Made by a program: the position numbers and the translations under genes. Source: Strigamia acuminata (Eukaryota). Taken from it: a stretch of DNA of 64,000 nucleotides. The notes below the pieces were generated by a model that saw nothing but the letters and a program-made list of their open reading frames with translations, did no database searches and was not told the DNA's origin. This document shows positions 38,301 through 53,300 of this stretch, piece by piece. The number at the start of each line of letters is the position of its first letter. Positions within the stretch are counted from its first letter, which is position 1. The stretch lies in assembly GCA_949358305.1 (NCBI GenBank), contig OX442314.1, positions 21,080,001 through 21,144,000 on the forward strand. The letters run 5' to 3'.

Positions 38301-41300
38301 TCATTTTTTTTTTCTTTTTTCTTATTTAAAAATTTTTTTTTGGGGTGGGGGAGAAAGGTTTCAACGGTCTAATCTATCAGAATTAAGGTAAAAAGCGTAA
38401 TTTTTAAAAATGTGCAGTGAAGATTTTGAAATTTGAAACCATTAGCGGCCATAAAGTGCAGAATAGATTACGTGGTACTATAAATCTGCTCAGTTTCAAT
38501 ACCAACTGGAATTTAATGTTTATAAATTTTCATTTCAACGGTTTGTCTTTGTTCGATGTTGAGAGGAAGTACAAAAAAATTATTCATTTCAAAAGAAATG
38601 AACAAACAGTTTCATTTTGAAATAACGCCACTTGGTATCGTTAGATTTATTTTTTTTCAAAACGACACAAACAAATGGTTGGAAATCATTTTAATGATAA
38701 GCCAATCACACTGACAAGGTAGCAGATTGGTGGCACCCACAAATGGCAAACATTAATCACACCAACACTGGGACTAAGTATCATTAATCAGAAGAGCAAG
38801 ATTTTCTCTTGCTAATGCCCAACACATCTCTTGGGAATTGTACTCCTTAAGCCGTTGCTTAATGTCTCCTATCAAACATTTTTGCTATTTTTTTTTCATT
38901 TTTTCACTTCTAAAGCTGTATCTTGAGCATCTTTTTTTTCCTCTTGTATATTTTCTTTAACTTTTTTAGGTAGAAAGCGCCTTGCAGACAATTAGTAGGG
39001 TGTTGATTAGTTTCTTGTTATCTTTCTCTTTTAATTGATGCAAGAGAAGGGGCGTACAATTAACAAGCAGACAAATTAGCAAGCAACTCAAATCTTTAGC
39101 CTGTTAATAACGATCAAAAAATTAAAGGAAAGAATGGAAGGAAGAAAATGGATTTGTTGATTGGCTATCATTTGCCATTTATCAATTTGATGATTGTGTA
39201 GAGCAAAAGCACGGCGGGGAGAAAGTGATTACGGAGCAATAAATGACTTAGCTCTAGGAAAAAGTGGAAGGAGAGAAAGTGAGATGGATGAATGGGCTGT
39301 TTAGTAATTTTAAAATATTTGCAAAGCGAGTTTCCAATGTTCTATCGTCTCGATATAACTTATTTCCTAAAGGCTTTGCTGCCTTTTGACATTTATTGAA
39401 GGGGCTTTAGCAAGAGTATATTGTGGTTTTCTTATCGTTTGCTGAGACGATAAGATAAAAAATAAAAGATGTAAACTACTGTTCTAGCATTTCGGTGGTT
39501 TTGGGTTGTTAATTATGACTTATTAAGGCTTTTGGCCTTCACTTTTTACATCTCAAACACGCGAAAATGCATAACTTATCAAGTTATGTCTTCGGATTGG
39601 ATTTAAGGCATTTTTATCAGGAAACCTTTATGGCTATGCCAAATCCTCGAATGATAATTTCTGTTTTCCAACCGATAACACTTTTCTAAATTATTGCAAG
39701 GAAATATCGCACTGGCAAAATTCTAATACAGGAAAATTTTCTAAACCTTTCTTGCAAATAGAATCAGATCAATGTGTCAAATTTGCTTTTCCTTTGGGAA
39801 TGGTAATGTTCTGCCACGTGATATCCCTTTTTTCCTTGCATGAATGTATGTGAGAAAGAAAAGAGAGAGAGAGAGTGAGGGAGAGAAGGAAGGGGAAAAA
39901 AAGGAATATGGGGTAAAGGATGGGTGGGTTCACGAAGCTCTCCATTGTGAAAAGGGCCTCGTTTTTCACTCCATGAACCCTGGATAATGAACCCTGAGGC
40001 ACACAAAGCATGGCCTTCTCCAACTTTTCAAGTTTACTCACAAAGGACGAATCTTTCCATCGAAAGAAGACACGAGAGAGGGTTGGCTGGGGTGTTGTAA
40101 GGGATGCTGGAAGGGGTGTGTGGAAGCAGACAAGTCACTGCCAGCTGCACATCTTCAATAATGCAACCACACGACAGATGTTAGGAGTGTGTTGAGTGTT
40201 TGCACCCATCACCTGCCATCTGTTGGTCATTTTGTAGAGGGGATTGTGGGTTTCGTTGATTGCACACAAATGGATGGAATTGGAATGCAGTTTAGTAGTT
40301 GCTGATGAAGAAATTGTTGACGAGACAAATTAATTTGAAATAAATAGTCAACTCGAAGGATTTTGGCATGAATATTTGACACGAGTCTCTTTTTATGCTG
40401 CATGTTTTATGTAATTAAGTTCATTTTCGGGGCTGCATTTTTTGTTTGTTGAAAATTTAATAAATAAAAATTGGATTTTTAAAGGTTAAAATCTCCAAGA
40501 AGGACTAATAGTTGGGTGAACTATTATGATTCCACGTGGACATGATTTTTTTTCTTTTTCTTTCGTTTCTTGTTCTCCTTTCCACTCTTGTGAAGCCGTG
40601 CTGAGTCATGTTTGCTGACTCGGTGAAAAGTTTTGGGTTTTTTCTTTTCTTTCTTTTCTGGAATTTTTTTTTTTTAAAAAATTTTTCTAAGATGTGTTGA
40701 ATTGGGTTGGCACATTCCTTCCACCAGGTTGAAGTTAAAGATTACCGTGGAAAGTTTAAGAACAAATGAAAAATCGGTGATATGCCTAAACAAATATTAG
40801 CTTAATGTCTATTTGATCGCTCAAAGATTTCCTCTCTTTACTTCTCTTTACTTCTCTTCGCTTCTTTTTATTTTACTCTTTGACAAATTGTTTACTTACC
40901 GTTTTTTAATACGATGCATTTTTCTTTTATTATCGTTTCAGGTTATGCCAACATTTCGTTTCGGAAATTACTGGTTTTGTTGCGGCCATGTTGTTTGCTG
41001 TTCATCCTATTCACACGGAAGCTGTAAGTATTTTCTTTTTAAAATTTAAATTCTAACTTTTCTAAACTACGATAAACGAAAAAGTATGTAAAATGTGTAA
41101 CCAGGGAACGATTAGAGTTATTAGACTGAAATTCTACCATCATAAACGTATGGCTAATTTTAGGTTAAAATTCAGAAAACCAAACATTGGCCAGGAAAAT
41201 GTATTTCGAAATTTTGGGTCGTGGGCATAAAGGTTAACCAAAAAACTGCAGATGTTGTTTAAAATTCAGCAAACGATAAAAATGAAAATGATTTCAGGAC

Positions 41301-44300
41301 CCATTTGTCTCGCATAACAAAGAAAAATGAATTTTAAACGCCACTTGGATTAGAATTTCATGGGGGCAAAACGCTAAATTTACTTTGAATTTTATATTCA
41401 AAAGGCATTTTTGCCCCCATCTCCATCCTTCCACATTGAGTCATTTGACAAACTTTAAGTATCCAAAGAGCCAATCTTTCTTTTCTTGACTGACTGCTAA
41501 TAAACTTGGCTCACACCTGAAGGCTAAATTTCCAATTGGCAGGTATGAGGCATTGCACGTGTGTTGAATGTTAACCCTTTGCATTTCTTTTGGCCTCATC
41601 TGTCACAAGCAACTGTTTGTCAGTGTTAAACTGTCAAAGCCCAACATTACTAAAACATTAGCCAATAATGTTGAAGATGTAGGTGGAGAGATGTTCCCGA
41701 GTGACCCCCCCCCCTCCACCACCCTTCGTTTCTTGATGGATCACCACTCGAGTAAAGACTATATGTGCGTTTAGAAAAGAAGGGAGTGATGATAACGCTT
41801 CGACTATGGTTTGATGCCTCTATCTCGAAAATTGTTTTAAACTGTAATATGGCTGCAAGCGGTGTCGTTAGCATGTTAATGGCGGTCCATGAGTCGATAA
41901 TAAAAGTTTTGCATTTTCATCACATCAATTTTAATGTTTACTAAAGTAGATTGAACGTTTCAAATATGAACAGGTGAAAAACTAGAAGAAATCATCCACA
42001 AACTTCATCTGCACTCGGCATTTTGGAATTTAAAAATTCAACCTTTTCATTTCGCATAAAACAATCGAGTTGGGAGTTGGGGATTTTTGAACGAAACAAA
42101 GGAGTAATGAGACGAAATTTGTCGTGCCATCTCAGAATAATGGCGGACATTTTTATCCCGCCTGAAAATTTTGGCGGTTAACTCTGCTCGCCAAAAGTGC
42201 ATTTTTGTTTAATGATATGAACCACTCTAATGGTAGTGAAATTAGAATGGAAAATTTCGATTTGAATTGGAAAATGCCAAAATGGTTTCCGAATCCCTCT
42301 ACTGAATTTATTTAATAAATAAACACAAGAATTATTTCGAAATTATTAATAGCTAGGTTTTAAAGGTTACGTACACATGTTGAAAATAAATATGGTTGAG
42401 ATAGAAATCTTTCAAAGATTAAGTGAATGTTGACAGCAATGCTGAAGCTTTAAGAGTAAAGAAGAGGCTACACTCAAAAGAATACTTGAGTTTATCCGAT
42501 GCCGAAGGAATGACTTGACATTTGAAACACAGCATAGAACAAAGGAATTGGGCTCAAGGAATGTCGTTATTAAAAATGCATTTTCATTAATATTATTTTA
42601 TACTTAGCCATTTTTGCGGTGTGTTCATGCTTTGTACATAGAACCTGGTAATCTTGATTAATTTTTGTATTTGTGTATTTTAAATCATTAATGTAAGATT
42701 CTGCATGTCGCAGGTTAACCGCATTCAAACAAAAGCAAACACAATTTAAAACATTTTAAAATTTAAATATTTTGTTCAACGTATTAAGCAAGTGTTTTTC
42801 ACTCAATAGGCTGCAGACAGCACCTGTAACTTCATCCCATGTTCAAATTACGTTATTTAAACCATCTGGACATTGGAAAATTATAAATATTAATAGCAGA
42901 AATAAAGAGTCGGTTGATGTTTTTAAATGTGTGTGGCTCAAAGTACAATATAAAAAATTAAAATAGAAATCTCATTATTGGAAAGACAAACGAAAGGAAA
43001 GTTGCTTCAAATTACGTGCAGCGAATTTTTCTGTAATTAAGCCTGTGGCAGTCAGAAATATTGTAGCTACGGCCAATCCGAGTGCACCTTTTTCTTCCGC
43101 TGAAATAAGCACAAAAATCCATGGTGACACATCCAAATTATGGCCCGATCGAAACCAAAACGCAGCTCAGAGCAGGGAAACACTATTCAGATAAACATTT
43201 GACTTGATTATATAAATTTTTTACCCGTCAAACACAAATTAAAAACAAAACATCACAATTTTCTCTTTCCGCCATTGTAATTCTACCTGTAACGTGATTC
43301 TTTCGTTTGATCTGAGGCGAACAGATGTCACAAACGCCACAAAACTTGGCCTGGAACGGGGTCGTCTCACATTACAGGGTGAAATTAGTCTGAAGGCAGA
43401 CCAGGTGAAACTTAATACTTATTCCGCAATTAGCCTGCGGATTGATGTGGATCAACCTGATAATTACCGGTGCTTAAGTATTAGCAGAAGAAAGGAAGAG
43501 TGACTTTAATCTTCAAGGGCCAGCACCCCTGATGTATTTGAATTGTATAGTTTCTCGCACTCTATCGGAAACACGCTGAGGACCAGAAACGCAGAAACGA
43601 ATAATAAACGACGAAGACCTAACATATATATGATTTGAACGAAAATAAAACACAACAATACCCCCCCATAGACACACATGGGTCCCGGTAATTCCACCAG
43701 TGAGTCTTGAGTTTCCAATAATCAGGACCGATCACAGGTAAGACTTCCTGTGCGCCCAGGGTATCCATTTCCTGTTCAGGCGAGGATAAGTTTTTCTTTG
43801 TGGGCACCATTTGGAATGGAGCTTTATTATTAAGAGGGTGGACGCAGGTGTCCTTGATTCGTTGCTGTATTGCTAAACATTATTTCTGATGTGCGGGTGC
43901 CATTTAAGGCGAAACGTTAACTTTACGGTTTGGTTTTCACTTTTGGAACTGTCACAGATGTTTCTATTAAATGTCATCTCCAAGAAAGTAGTTTTATTTT
44001 TGATAATATTCTAGAGAGCTGTGTCTCACTTTTAGCATCTCAAGAAATGATATTTTCTTTTAGCGTCATTGTGTATATATGCGCATTAAATTTTTAGATT
44101 TAAAGAGAGGAGTTTGAGAGAGGAGTTCAAACGTGTAGGCCTAATAAATCCGATTTTTAAGCTAAAAATTGTAACAATTAAATAAGTGTAAGCCCCTATT
44201 AAGTTTTGCAGGTGGAATTGTTGCAGTCGAAATAAGAAAATGTAGTTTTGAGTATAAAAACACAAGTTGTTGTTGTATGTTTATTCACTTAAAAGAGAGA

Positions 44301-47300
44301 AGGCAATTTTTCACTCGACTTCACGTGTAAGATCATTTGCCAAACACTTGACTCTTTCCAACTGGGAGACAAGTTTCAATTTGTTTAACCCCTTCAAAGT
44401 CAATTCCTTGTGGAATTTGACGACACTCGACAAATATTTGTTTCTCTTCGTTCTTTTTGATTACAGTTTAAAATTCTGTTGCAAGAAAAACAAAAATTAA
44501 TTAATAAATAATTAATTCAATATATACACAGTATATAATCAACATTGAATAACTTCTAACATCTAAATTCAAACATTTGATGCTTTATTAAAAGACATTT
44601 GAGCGGAAAGCTATTTGAGTTCATTAATTTAGTAAAGCTGATAGCTGTTGACCAATACCTATCAATCATGGCTGGCCGCAAGGTTATTAACAAACTTTGG
44701 CCAAGCTGATAATGACCGGTGCAATTATGCGCAACGTTGCAACTAAAATGTCACCAATAGATTTTTGATGCCTGTCAGTGGTCGGTGTCGCTCAATTTCC
44801 CTGCAGAGTGGACAGCGGTTAACTTGATGCTCAACTAGCAACGGCGTTAATGGGAAATTTCTATAATAAGTAGAAGTCAATCAAAGTAAAAATGATGTTA
44901 CGTTGCAATGCCATTGTTATTGGGAAATTTGATTTTTCACTCACGATGTAGCGCCAGAAGCAAGAGTCCTTGAAGCGACAGCCGCGCATGCGCCAGACCA
45001 TGACACAAACAGGAAATTAAAACTGTCTCGTTGTCCTGTACTGGTCTCTACTCGCAAGGAATGCCAGAGACATCCGGAATGGGCTCTCATTTTGACCTGC
45101 CTGTCTGCTCACTTAGATGAGCTTATTTTCCACCCCAAATAAAAAAAGGAAGGAAAAAAAATTATTGATCTTTGATAAAGAAAATGAAGTTTTTAGAGAG
45201 TTGTTTTCTAATTGATTTTTATTTAATTATTTTTTTTTTCTCTTGTGGTTTGAGGCTTGCTTGTTTTGGGGAGAAGCCAGTTTTTAGGCGGGCAATTGAG
45301 CTTGGAATTTACGCTTTTGTGGATTTGTGGATTTAATTCCTATTGTGTGCAGTCAATAAAGTTTTTAATTATATGGTTTTGTATGTCTGTGCCTACTCCG
45401 AGTAAATTAAAAATTTGAGAAATTTGATTTTGAAGAATGAAATGTCCAATTTGAAAAAAATAATGAGTGTGCAACTTTTTCATAAAAATTGGTTATTTTG
45501 TTTTATTTTGTTTTATTTGATTTATGATAGTTATTTCAAATACTTTTACTTTTAATATAAATTGTATTTACCAACACTAGCATTTCTGATGAATATTCTT
45601 CAAATTATCTATGGTTCGTGCACGGTAGCCAACTTTTAGGCGGGCAATTTGTTGTGAATTACCCTCAGCCATGCTTATTTTTCATACTGAAAAAAAAAAT
45701 CACTTAAGCGGTATTAAGCCATCACGTAGCATAAATTGAGGCAATTTAGACCCACAGTCATCGATTTTATTAAAATTTTTATTGATCGAGGTGTTTTCAT
45801 AATAAAGTTTTTTTTTTTTAAATCTGCACGTTACATGCATTAATTTACTTTTTATTATTATTTTTTTTTTTTTACAAAATTATTCCAATTTTTTTTTCTC
45901 CAACTGATGAATTGTAGCTGTGATAAATTTATTGTACGTGTAATGCGATGAAAAAAAATCCCACACCGGAATGACGTTGCATTAACGTAAAGTAATTTTT
46001 CAGTGTCAAGAAAAATGAAAGGGAAAAAATTGTTGTTTTTATTTTTGATATTTTTTTAAGCGAGCAGCTGGTGTGATCTCACTATAGATTTAGTTCCCTG
46101 GTGATAAGGGAGGAAAAAAATTCACTTGTACTGACCACTATCGTGAGCTTAATGTGGCAAATGTCACGGGGAACAAGAGGAGATTTGATAGAAGAAAAAC
46201 TCTTAATACCCGTGAGAAGGATGTGACACAAGTGTGCTATTCTCACAAATTCTTCTAATCCAGGTGGCAAGTGAAAATTCAAAGGGATTATACGCCAACA
46301 TGATAACATCACGTGTCAAATCGGCAAATGTTTTTAATTAGAGCTTTTGAAAGATTGGGCTCACGAGGTGAATTGAAGGGAGATCAATGATCAAGTTTTT
46401 TGTTACTTTTAGCTGGAGTAGATTACAATTACCTTAGTGGATTTTATGTTGTTTTTTGAGCGTTTTGACCTGAAATAAAAAGGTATATAAAAGAAAAATT
46501 CAATTTTGTTGCTGCTTTTATCTTCAATTCGTTTTCAATTGACTAAGTTAAACATGTACGGGGATTCTAAGCTTGCAAAAGGCATTCTTCCAAGTTGAAA
46601 GTTTTTTCTTAACCCATAAGTATCAAAGTGTAGTGACTTTTTTTAACTGTTTCATTTTATAAAAATGGATCTTTTTCTTCATGGGTTTTATTTTAGTTTT
46701 TAGCTTATTAAAAATTGAAATTTAGACGAAAATCACATTAGGAGCACGTGGAGACAAACTCTTTATATCGCTATAAACGTAGCCATATCTATATTTATGC
46801 AGAAAAGGCGAAAAAATTAAATATTAATGCAACATTTTATCATATTAAAAAGATAAAGTTGTAAATATCAGTTTGGAAATGTTATCAATTAATTTTGAAA
46901 ATCCATTTAAAGTTGAAATCAATATTCAACTTGGTACTTCCTTTCCTTCCCTTCTCCAGCACACTTTTTCGCCTATCATTGAGCTCCTGCTCGTGGCAAC
47001 TCTATCTGTTATCAAAGGATGCAAATTTTTCATTTCTATTCCCTGCCCACATTTCCTCCTGCTTTAAAACCAGACACATCCACAACCATTAATATTTGTG
47101 ATCAGAGGATTTATTCTCTGGCGCGATTCCAAATTTTATAGACTTAGTCTTAAAGCGAGGGATAGGGATAGGATACGAGTATGTGCTAGTGGGGGAGCAT
47201 GTGGCACAAGTTTTCTTTCTTGTTTGTACTTGTGGAATTGAGGAGTGAAGTCTCCTAGGAGAAGGAACCCTTAGAATGGATCCCTGGGCTCCTGATCCAA

Positions 47301-50300
47301 ATTAAGATTATCAGATGTTGTTGGTTGGCAAAGGGAAATAGGCCTAACCCAAGCATCAAGTGCAGTCCAATGTTAATCACACTTGTGTTGACTGGGAGAT
47401 AGTTGCCTAGGAAAGGAAGGCAACATTTTGAAAACAAGTCTCTTTTATCACAAACAAGTTTGTGGTGTGTCACATATCAGGGAGCCGTTAACGTGCTGAT
47501 ATATATAATTGCAACATGATAATATCGCGCGTGTATATTTCCTCTTTATTTTGATCTGTGATTATGTTGTACAGATAACACGAGTCTTTATCTCGGAAAA
47601 CGAATGATTTCTTCATCAGCACACTCTACTTTCAAAATCCAATATCTAAAGCTGAGTGAATTTATTGCAGCTTTAACTGAGTTAATAAGGAATTACTCTA
47701 TCCGTTGGATGAAGTAATATCGCGCTCAACGAAGCTATCTTTATTGACATACCGTAGGCCTGGCTTTATTTAGGGCGCATCCTTCCGACTTAACTTTTTC
47801 ATTTAATCGTTATATACACTTAACTAATGATGCAATTATGTGTGTGCCTTGGTACACAGTTACACACTAACGCACACTATACAATTTGCTCTTTTTTTCG
47901 TCTCTGATTTGTGGAAACAGTGTTTCTCAACGCTCATTTCTTTCACACATAAAAACTCCATTGTAAAAGTACACCAGGTACCTTAAAAGTTATACAGTAG
48001 TTTAAAATATTTTTTGGCACCTAAAAGGTGATTTTTCCACCTAAATTGTTCATTATTGGGCACTTTTGTTTACTTGGGATATTTATTTATAGAATTAAAT
48101 GTATTTTCATAAATTTATTTGAGTGAGATGTAATTGCTCTAGAAAGCTACAATTTAAATTAGAATCGTTTTTTTTTCCAAATCTTGTTTTCTTCCATGGC
48201 GACGCCGCGCTTGTCGTTTCAGCTTCGACAGGCGTGTCAAAAATAATTAAGTGAGCACCATTGATTCAAGTCAATTAGAAAAATCTTATTTTATTTTAAA
48301 CGAGTTAATTAGAACAAATACAAACTAATTTTTTTTTGTGCATTCGAACAAGTATCAACACATATTTTTAAAACCAAATATTTTTTTACTTGTAGATAAA
48401 ACTTTCTTGCATTCAGTCATGTCAACAACCATTTTGTCAAACTGCGTTGTCGATATGCTGTCAGTTTTTGCGCATTTCGGCATAAAAGATGAAAAAATTC
48501 ATCCACGATTTGGGAATATCGGGAGAGCGAAGAGAAAGATTTGAACGAATGACGGATTCTTGTCGTTTGTACACACACACAACTATACTCTAATTTATTC
48601 ATCGCGGTTCTGTTTGTGTGGTGTTGCACTACTCATGAATTTACAAATGACGCTTGCGTTCAACTGGCAGATATACAGCAAGATTCATGAAATTTTAATT
48701 GTGTGAAAACTCTTTGAACAAGCTTCGAAATGAAATATTCATCTTGGTTTGATGAGTTCAGACTTTAAACAGCAAAGAATAAATACAAATTCAAAAATAT
48801 GAGAGATCTGCAGAAATATATTTCAGTTGTAATGAATAATAGATGCTGTCCTACTTGACCCACCATGTCGCTTATTGGCACTGGCGCTCTGCGACTGGGC
48901 TACACGATAACTAGATTTTCTCGTTCCCTGTCCCATTGCCGGCATAAATTGAATAATGTAAGCACTGCATGTGAAAATTTGATCATGTTCTGGAAGGAAC
49001 AAAGCCAGAGACACATAAACTGCATTCTTATTCAAGTGAATAAATCATCGAAGGAAAAATTGTTTTAACTTTTTTTTAATGTTTGCTTTTTGTCTTGTGC
49101 GCAGTAAGTTTCAAGTCATTTTTTTTTAAAAAGTTATTCTTCTTTTCTTTTTTTTTAGGTAACCGGTGTTGTTGGCAGAGCTGAAATTTTGTCTTCTTTA
49201 TTTTTCATCATCTCGTTAACTTGTTACATACGGAGTACTGGATTACGGAAAGAAACAGGTATACCTAATAAAATAATTACTTTCATTGTACAAACTGCAA
49301 GAAAATATCTCGATTAGATTCTCCTTCTTAAAAAAAAAACACTAATTACGCTAAGTTTTCATCATAGATATTTTCTACGTGCTTGGATTCACTCCTAGGC
49401 CCATAAAAACGCACTCGTATAAATGAGCTAAATTACATAAATGTCCCCCACTCGGTTCCTTCAGTTTTTTTCTTCCCTTTCATTTCTCTTTTCTTGAATT
49501 CCGAGCCGAGTTTAGTAAAGTGGAAAGCATTTATTCACAGTTGAGTTAAGTTTGCTTCTCCTAAAATTCAGGTGACTTGCCTCTCTCTTCTTTCCCTCCT
49601 GTTACTTGCTTTTCCCATGCACAGAGACCTCCATTTAGTCCAACCCAGGAAGCAGGCAGTCATGATGGGGTGATGTGGTTTGCATCATAAAGAGTAGAAA
49701 AGTTCTTGTATGTAATAAAAGTAAACTTAGAGAAAGGCAACTTTAAAAATTAGTCCCAATTTAGTTGTTGTTTTTTTTTTTCAAAGAGTTTACTGAAACT
49801 GATTTATACGCGGACAATTATTGTAGGCTAGGGAAATAAGGAAGAGAGAGAGAGAACTTGTCATGCGAATGTTTTATTTGTATAATAAGTCTGTGCGTTA
49901 TGCATTTTTTAATGCATTAAATCCTAGCCAAGAATTAAAGAGAGTCCCGTTGGTTATTCGGTAAAAAGAGTTGTGTATAAAGATTAGAGTTTGAAAAATT
50001 GCATAGATTATGCTATTGTATTTCATGTCAAGTTTATTATTGGCTTTATACACTTAATCAAAAGCAACCGATAAGTTGGAGAATGACAACAGAGTCGTTA
50101 CACATGTCCAATTGGAAAAGCAGATCACATTTAGAACCGTTATTGGGATTTAAACTTGTCTCATATACCACGCTTTAATAGAGTTAAATTGTGTAACGAA
50201 TGGCCACGTGGCGTTGGACTGTTGATCACTGTCCTGTTTGTCTCGTATGGTAAAGCTTTAGTGTGTGTGTGTGGCAGATCAATGTACATCCTGACAGAAT

Positions 50301-53300
50301 TAGGAAAGGCAGTTAATTATCCACCAGTTTCATAATTGTGAAGCTGCGAGGCAGCGACAAAAACAGTTTATCATCTAACATAACTCGGCTTGGCAAGAAG
50401 ATGAAAATCAAAGATTAAGGTTATTCAATGGCACACCCTCTATCCTTCAACTACTAAATTTGCACATGCCTTTCATTCATTTACGAAATGCAAACTTGTT
50501 TGCACTTTTTTATTATTCAAAATGACTTGGACAGTGACGGTAATTAATACCCATCGTTGTATTTATGCAAATGACTTGCGTGTGTTTGTTTGAGCAAGTG
50601 CTGCATTGTGATAGCCACGTGCACGAAAACACCATAACTTAAGACCTAATTGTAGTTGCGGGTCTGGTGACATGTTAGTAGATAATGCATGCAACTGTGA
50701 TAAATTTCCTAGTTAATAACATCTATTAATATTTGTCAGAGCAAGCAAATCATAATTTTTCCACAGTACAAAGAACAACCGAGTGCTTTTACTAAAAGTG
50801 TACATCCTTTTTTTCTTTCTTTCTTTTCAGAATGGGGTCCACTTTTGCTTACTCCCTATTTTGGCACCATTGCGATGTTGTGTAAAGAGCAGGGCGTGAC
50901 TGTTTTGGGAGTGTGTTGTGTTTATGAAATATTTATTGCTCAGAAAGTAAGTATTTATTTTCTACTCCAGATAAAACTAATATTTTATTTTATTTTATTA
51001 TTTTTTATTGTTTGTATTTCTAAGTTATGTTAGACAAGTAGTGAATGAATGAACAGCTTTAATGATCACTATTTTGGCAAGAGCAATTACTGGCTTTCAG
51101 CATTTCTTTGTGTGTCCTGATTTAGTAATTGTTTGCCCTATGGCATTCTCTCAGAACTCACCAATTGTTCTTCAATATTTGTTGCCTCGCTTCATTCAGC
51201 AAGTTTTCTTGTATCTTGTTTTTATTTAATTTAAAACATGACGGTGCAGGCAGGGGGCCAACCATTTAACTTGGCGATAACTGTTGAATCAAACATTTGC
51301 CAACAATATTTCTTACCTTGTTTATTAGCTACTCGCAAAAATTTAGACAGCCTTCACGTGCTTATCACGTCTGTCTGTTTAGTTGAATTAGTTCCACGAC
51401 TACACAGATGCTTTTTGTAGTAACCAGTAAATCAATTGATCTCGTATGTACTGACATGCACTTAAGAACTTTAAGAGAGAGAGGGTGAACATATATACGC
51501 AACCACCAAAAGTATCTAAACAGACCACCGTTATTAAAGAACAAAAGGGAGGGAGATAAAAACGCTGAAATATTTACAAAATGAAAAAGATATTTTGGTC
51601 ACTTATTTGTATTCTTATCCAGAGACCCAGGGCAATAAATAGAGCCGCTTGCTTCTCTACTTACATTTTACGGGAAAAGGCGTTGATTCCTCATGTTGCC
51701 CATATTATCAAAGATTATCTGTTGCTGCCTGTGCTCGCTCTCGCTTAGCCAATAAACTGTATACAGTTCTTTTTTTAAAAAAACTCCTAAAGGTATTAAA
51801 GTAACGTGAGTTGGTGATAAGAGACTTTCCTTTTGTAATCTACCTTCGCCACTGATCGCAGAATCAACACACCTTAAGCCACTCAAAAATTCTCATTAAA
51901 GATTTTATGTCGAAAATAAAAGTTTAATGCAACTGTATTTGTTTTTAAAAGCTCTCTACACTGGTAAAATTGAGTTTCTAGGTTTATTATTATTATGCTG
52001 TACCAGTTTTGCAGTTTTATTTTTATCCTATTCATATCCCTTTTTGTATTATTTGTTTTTTCGTTTTCAATATGCAAGTGTAACCCAGTTGATGCTCGCG
52101 GCTGCCCGCATATAAGTTGACTTGATTATTTGATATTAAATTCAGAATGTGGCCTTTGGCCTTTGGTCCTTATTGCATGCAAGACCAAGATTAAGTAAGC
52201 CAAGCCAGATATGCAAAGAGTGAGTCGAGGTGGGTCGGGATCGAAGATGGTGAAGGAGGGAGATGGCGGCTACCGATAAGGCCACGCGGCCACAATTGAA
52301 ATTGGTCAAGGGAAAGAGGGCTTGAGTCTAATTATCTCTAATTGGTCATTAATTAATGCACGGTTTCTTGCAACACAGATGCGCCTTCAGGACATACTCA
52401 ATCCAGCCAAGAATACTGCGATGTTCGTGAAAGCAAGCTTAGCACCATGGGTTCGTGAAATGGGCTATCGGCTGGCGTTTCTAGTTGGCTTCATGTTCGT
52501 TTTGGTTTTGCTACGGATTAACGTTATGGGTGCTCAATTACCTGTATTCACCAGGTAAGATCAACTTTTTTTCCTTTTTTACATTAGTTTAATTTCTTTT
52601 TTATGATGGAAAAAGTGGAAAATTAATTTTTTTATGATGATTTGCATTTCTCATCAGTTTGCTGCCAATTTGTGCTGAAAAACCATTTGATTCGCAATTT
52701 TTGCAATCTCAGTTATTTTTGCTAAAGTAATTTGCTAGGGGAATGAATGTACTACTTAAACTTTGTGTGAATCTCGGCATTTTTTTTTCTTTTAATGAAA
52801 ATAAGGCTTAAAGATAAATGACTTGTAAAACGAATTACCTTCCAAGTTTAATGGGAAAATTTTTTTTTATAGTCCCGTGTCATCGGTTATTGTGTTACGT
52901 CATCATGTTTTAAGCTTAAAGGGCAGAAAGGGAGAGTTAACAAACAACTGCTGGAGATTGAACAATATTTACCTGTAGTCTAAATATTCAATCAAGTGGA
53001 TCTTCTCCTGTGACAATTGAAAAATTGTCGTGTGTGTTTTATTCAGTATAAAGTGGAAAGTAATTTCAACTTTATTTCTATTTTAATGAATTGCTGTTTC
53101 CAGTAATAGCCCTGCCAGGAAGTCATTGAATGCCGGAAATAGTTGGAATAAACTTGGACAAGAGCCTGGTTTTCATGCTGCAGTAAAATTGAATATGCTT
53201 TGTATGTGGTTTTGCCATTAAAAGAAAAAGTGAAATGCCTTTGTTCCACTCACGATTTATCATACAATGTCTCTAATTAGCTCATTAAAAACTCGATTTT

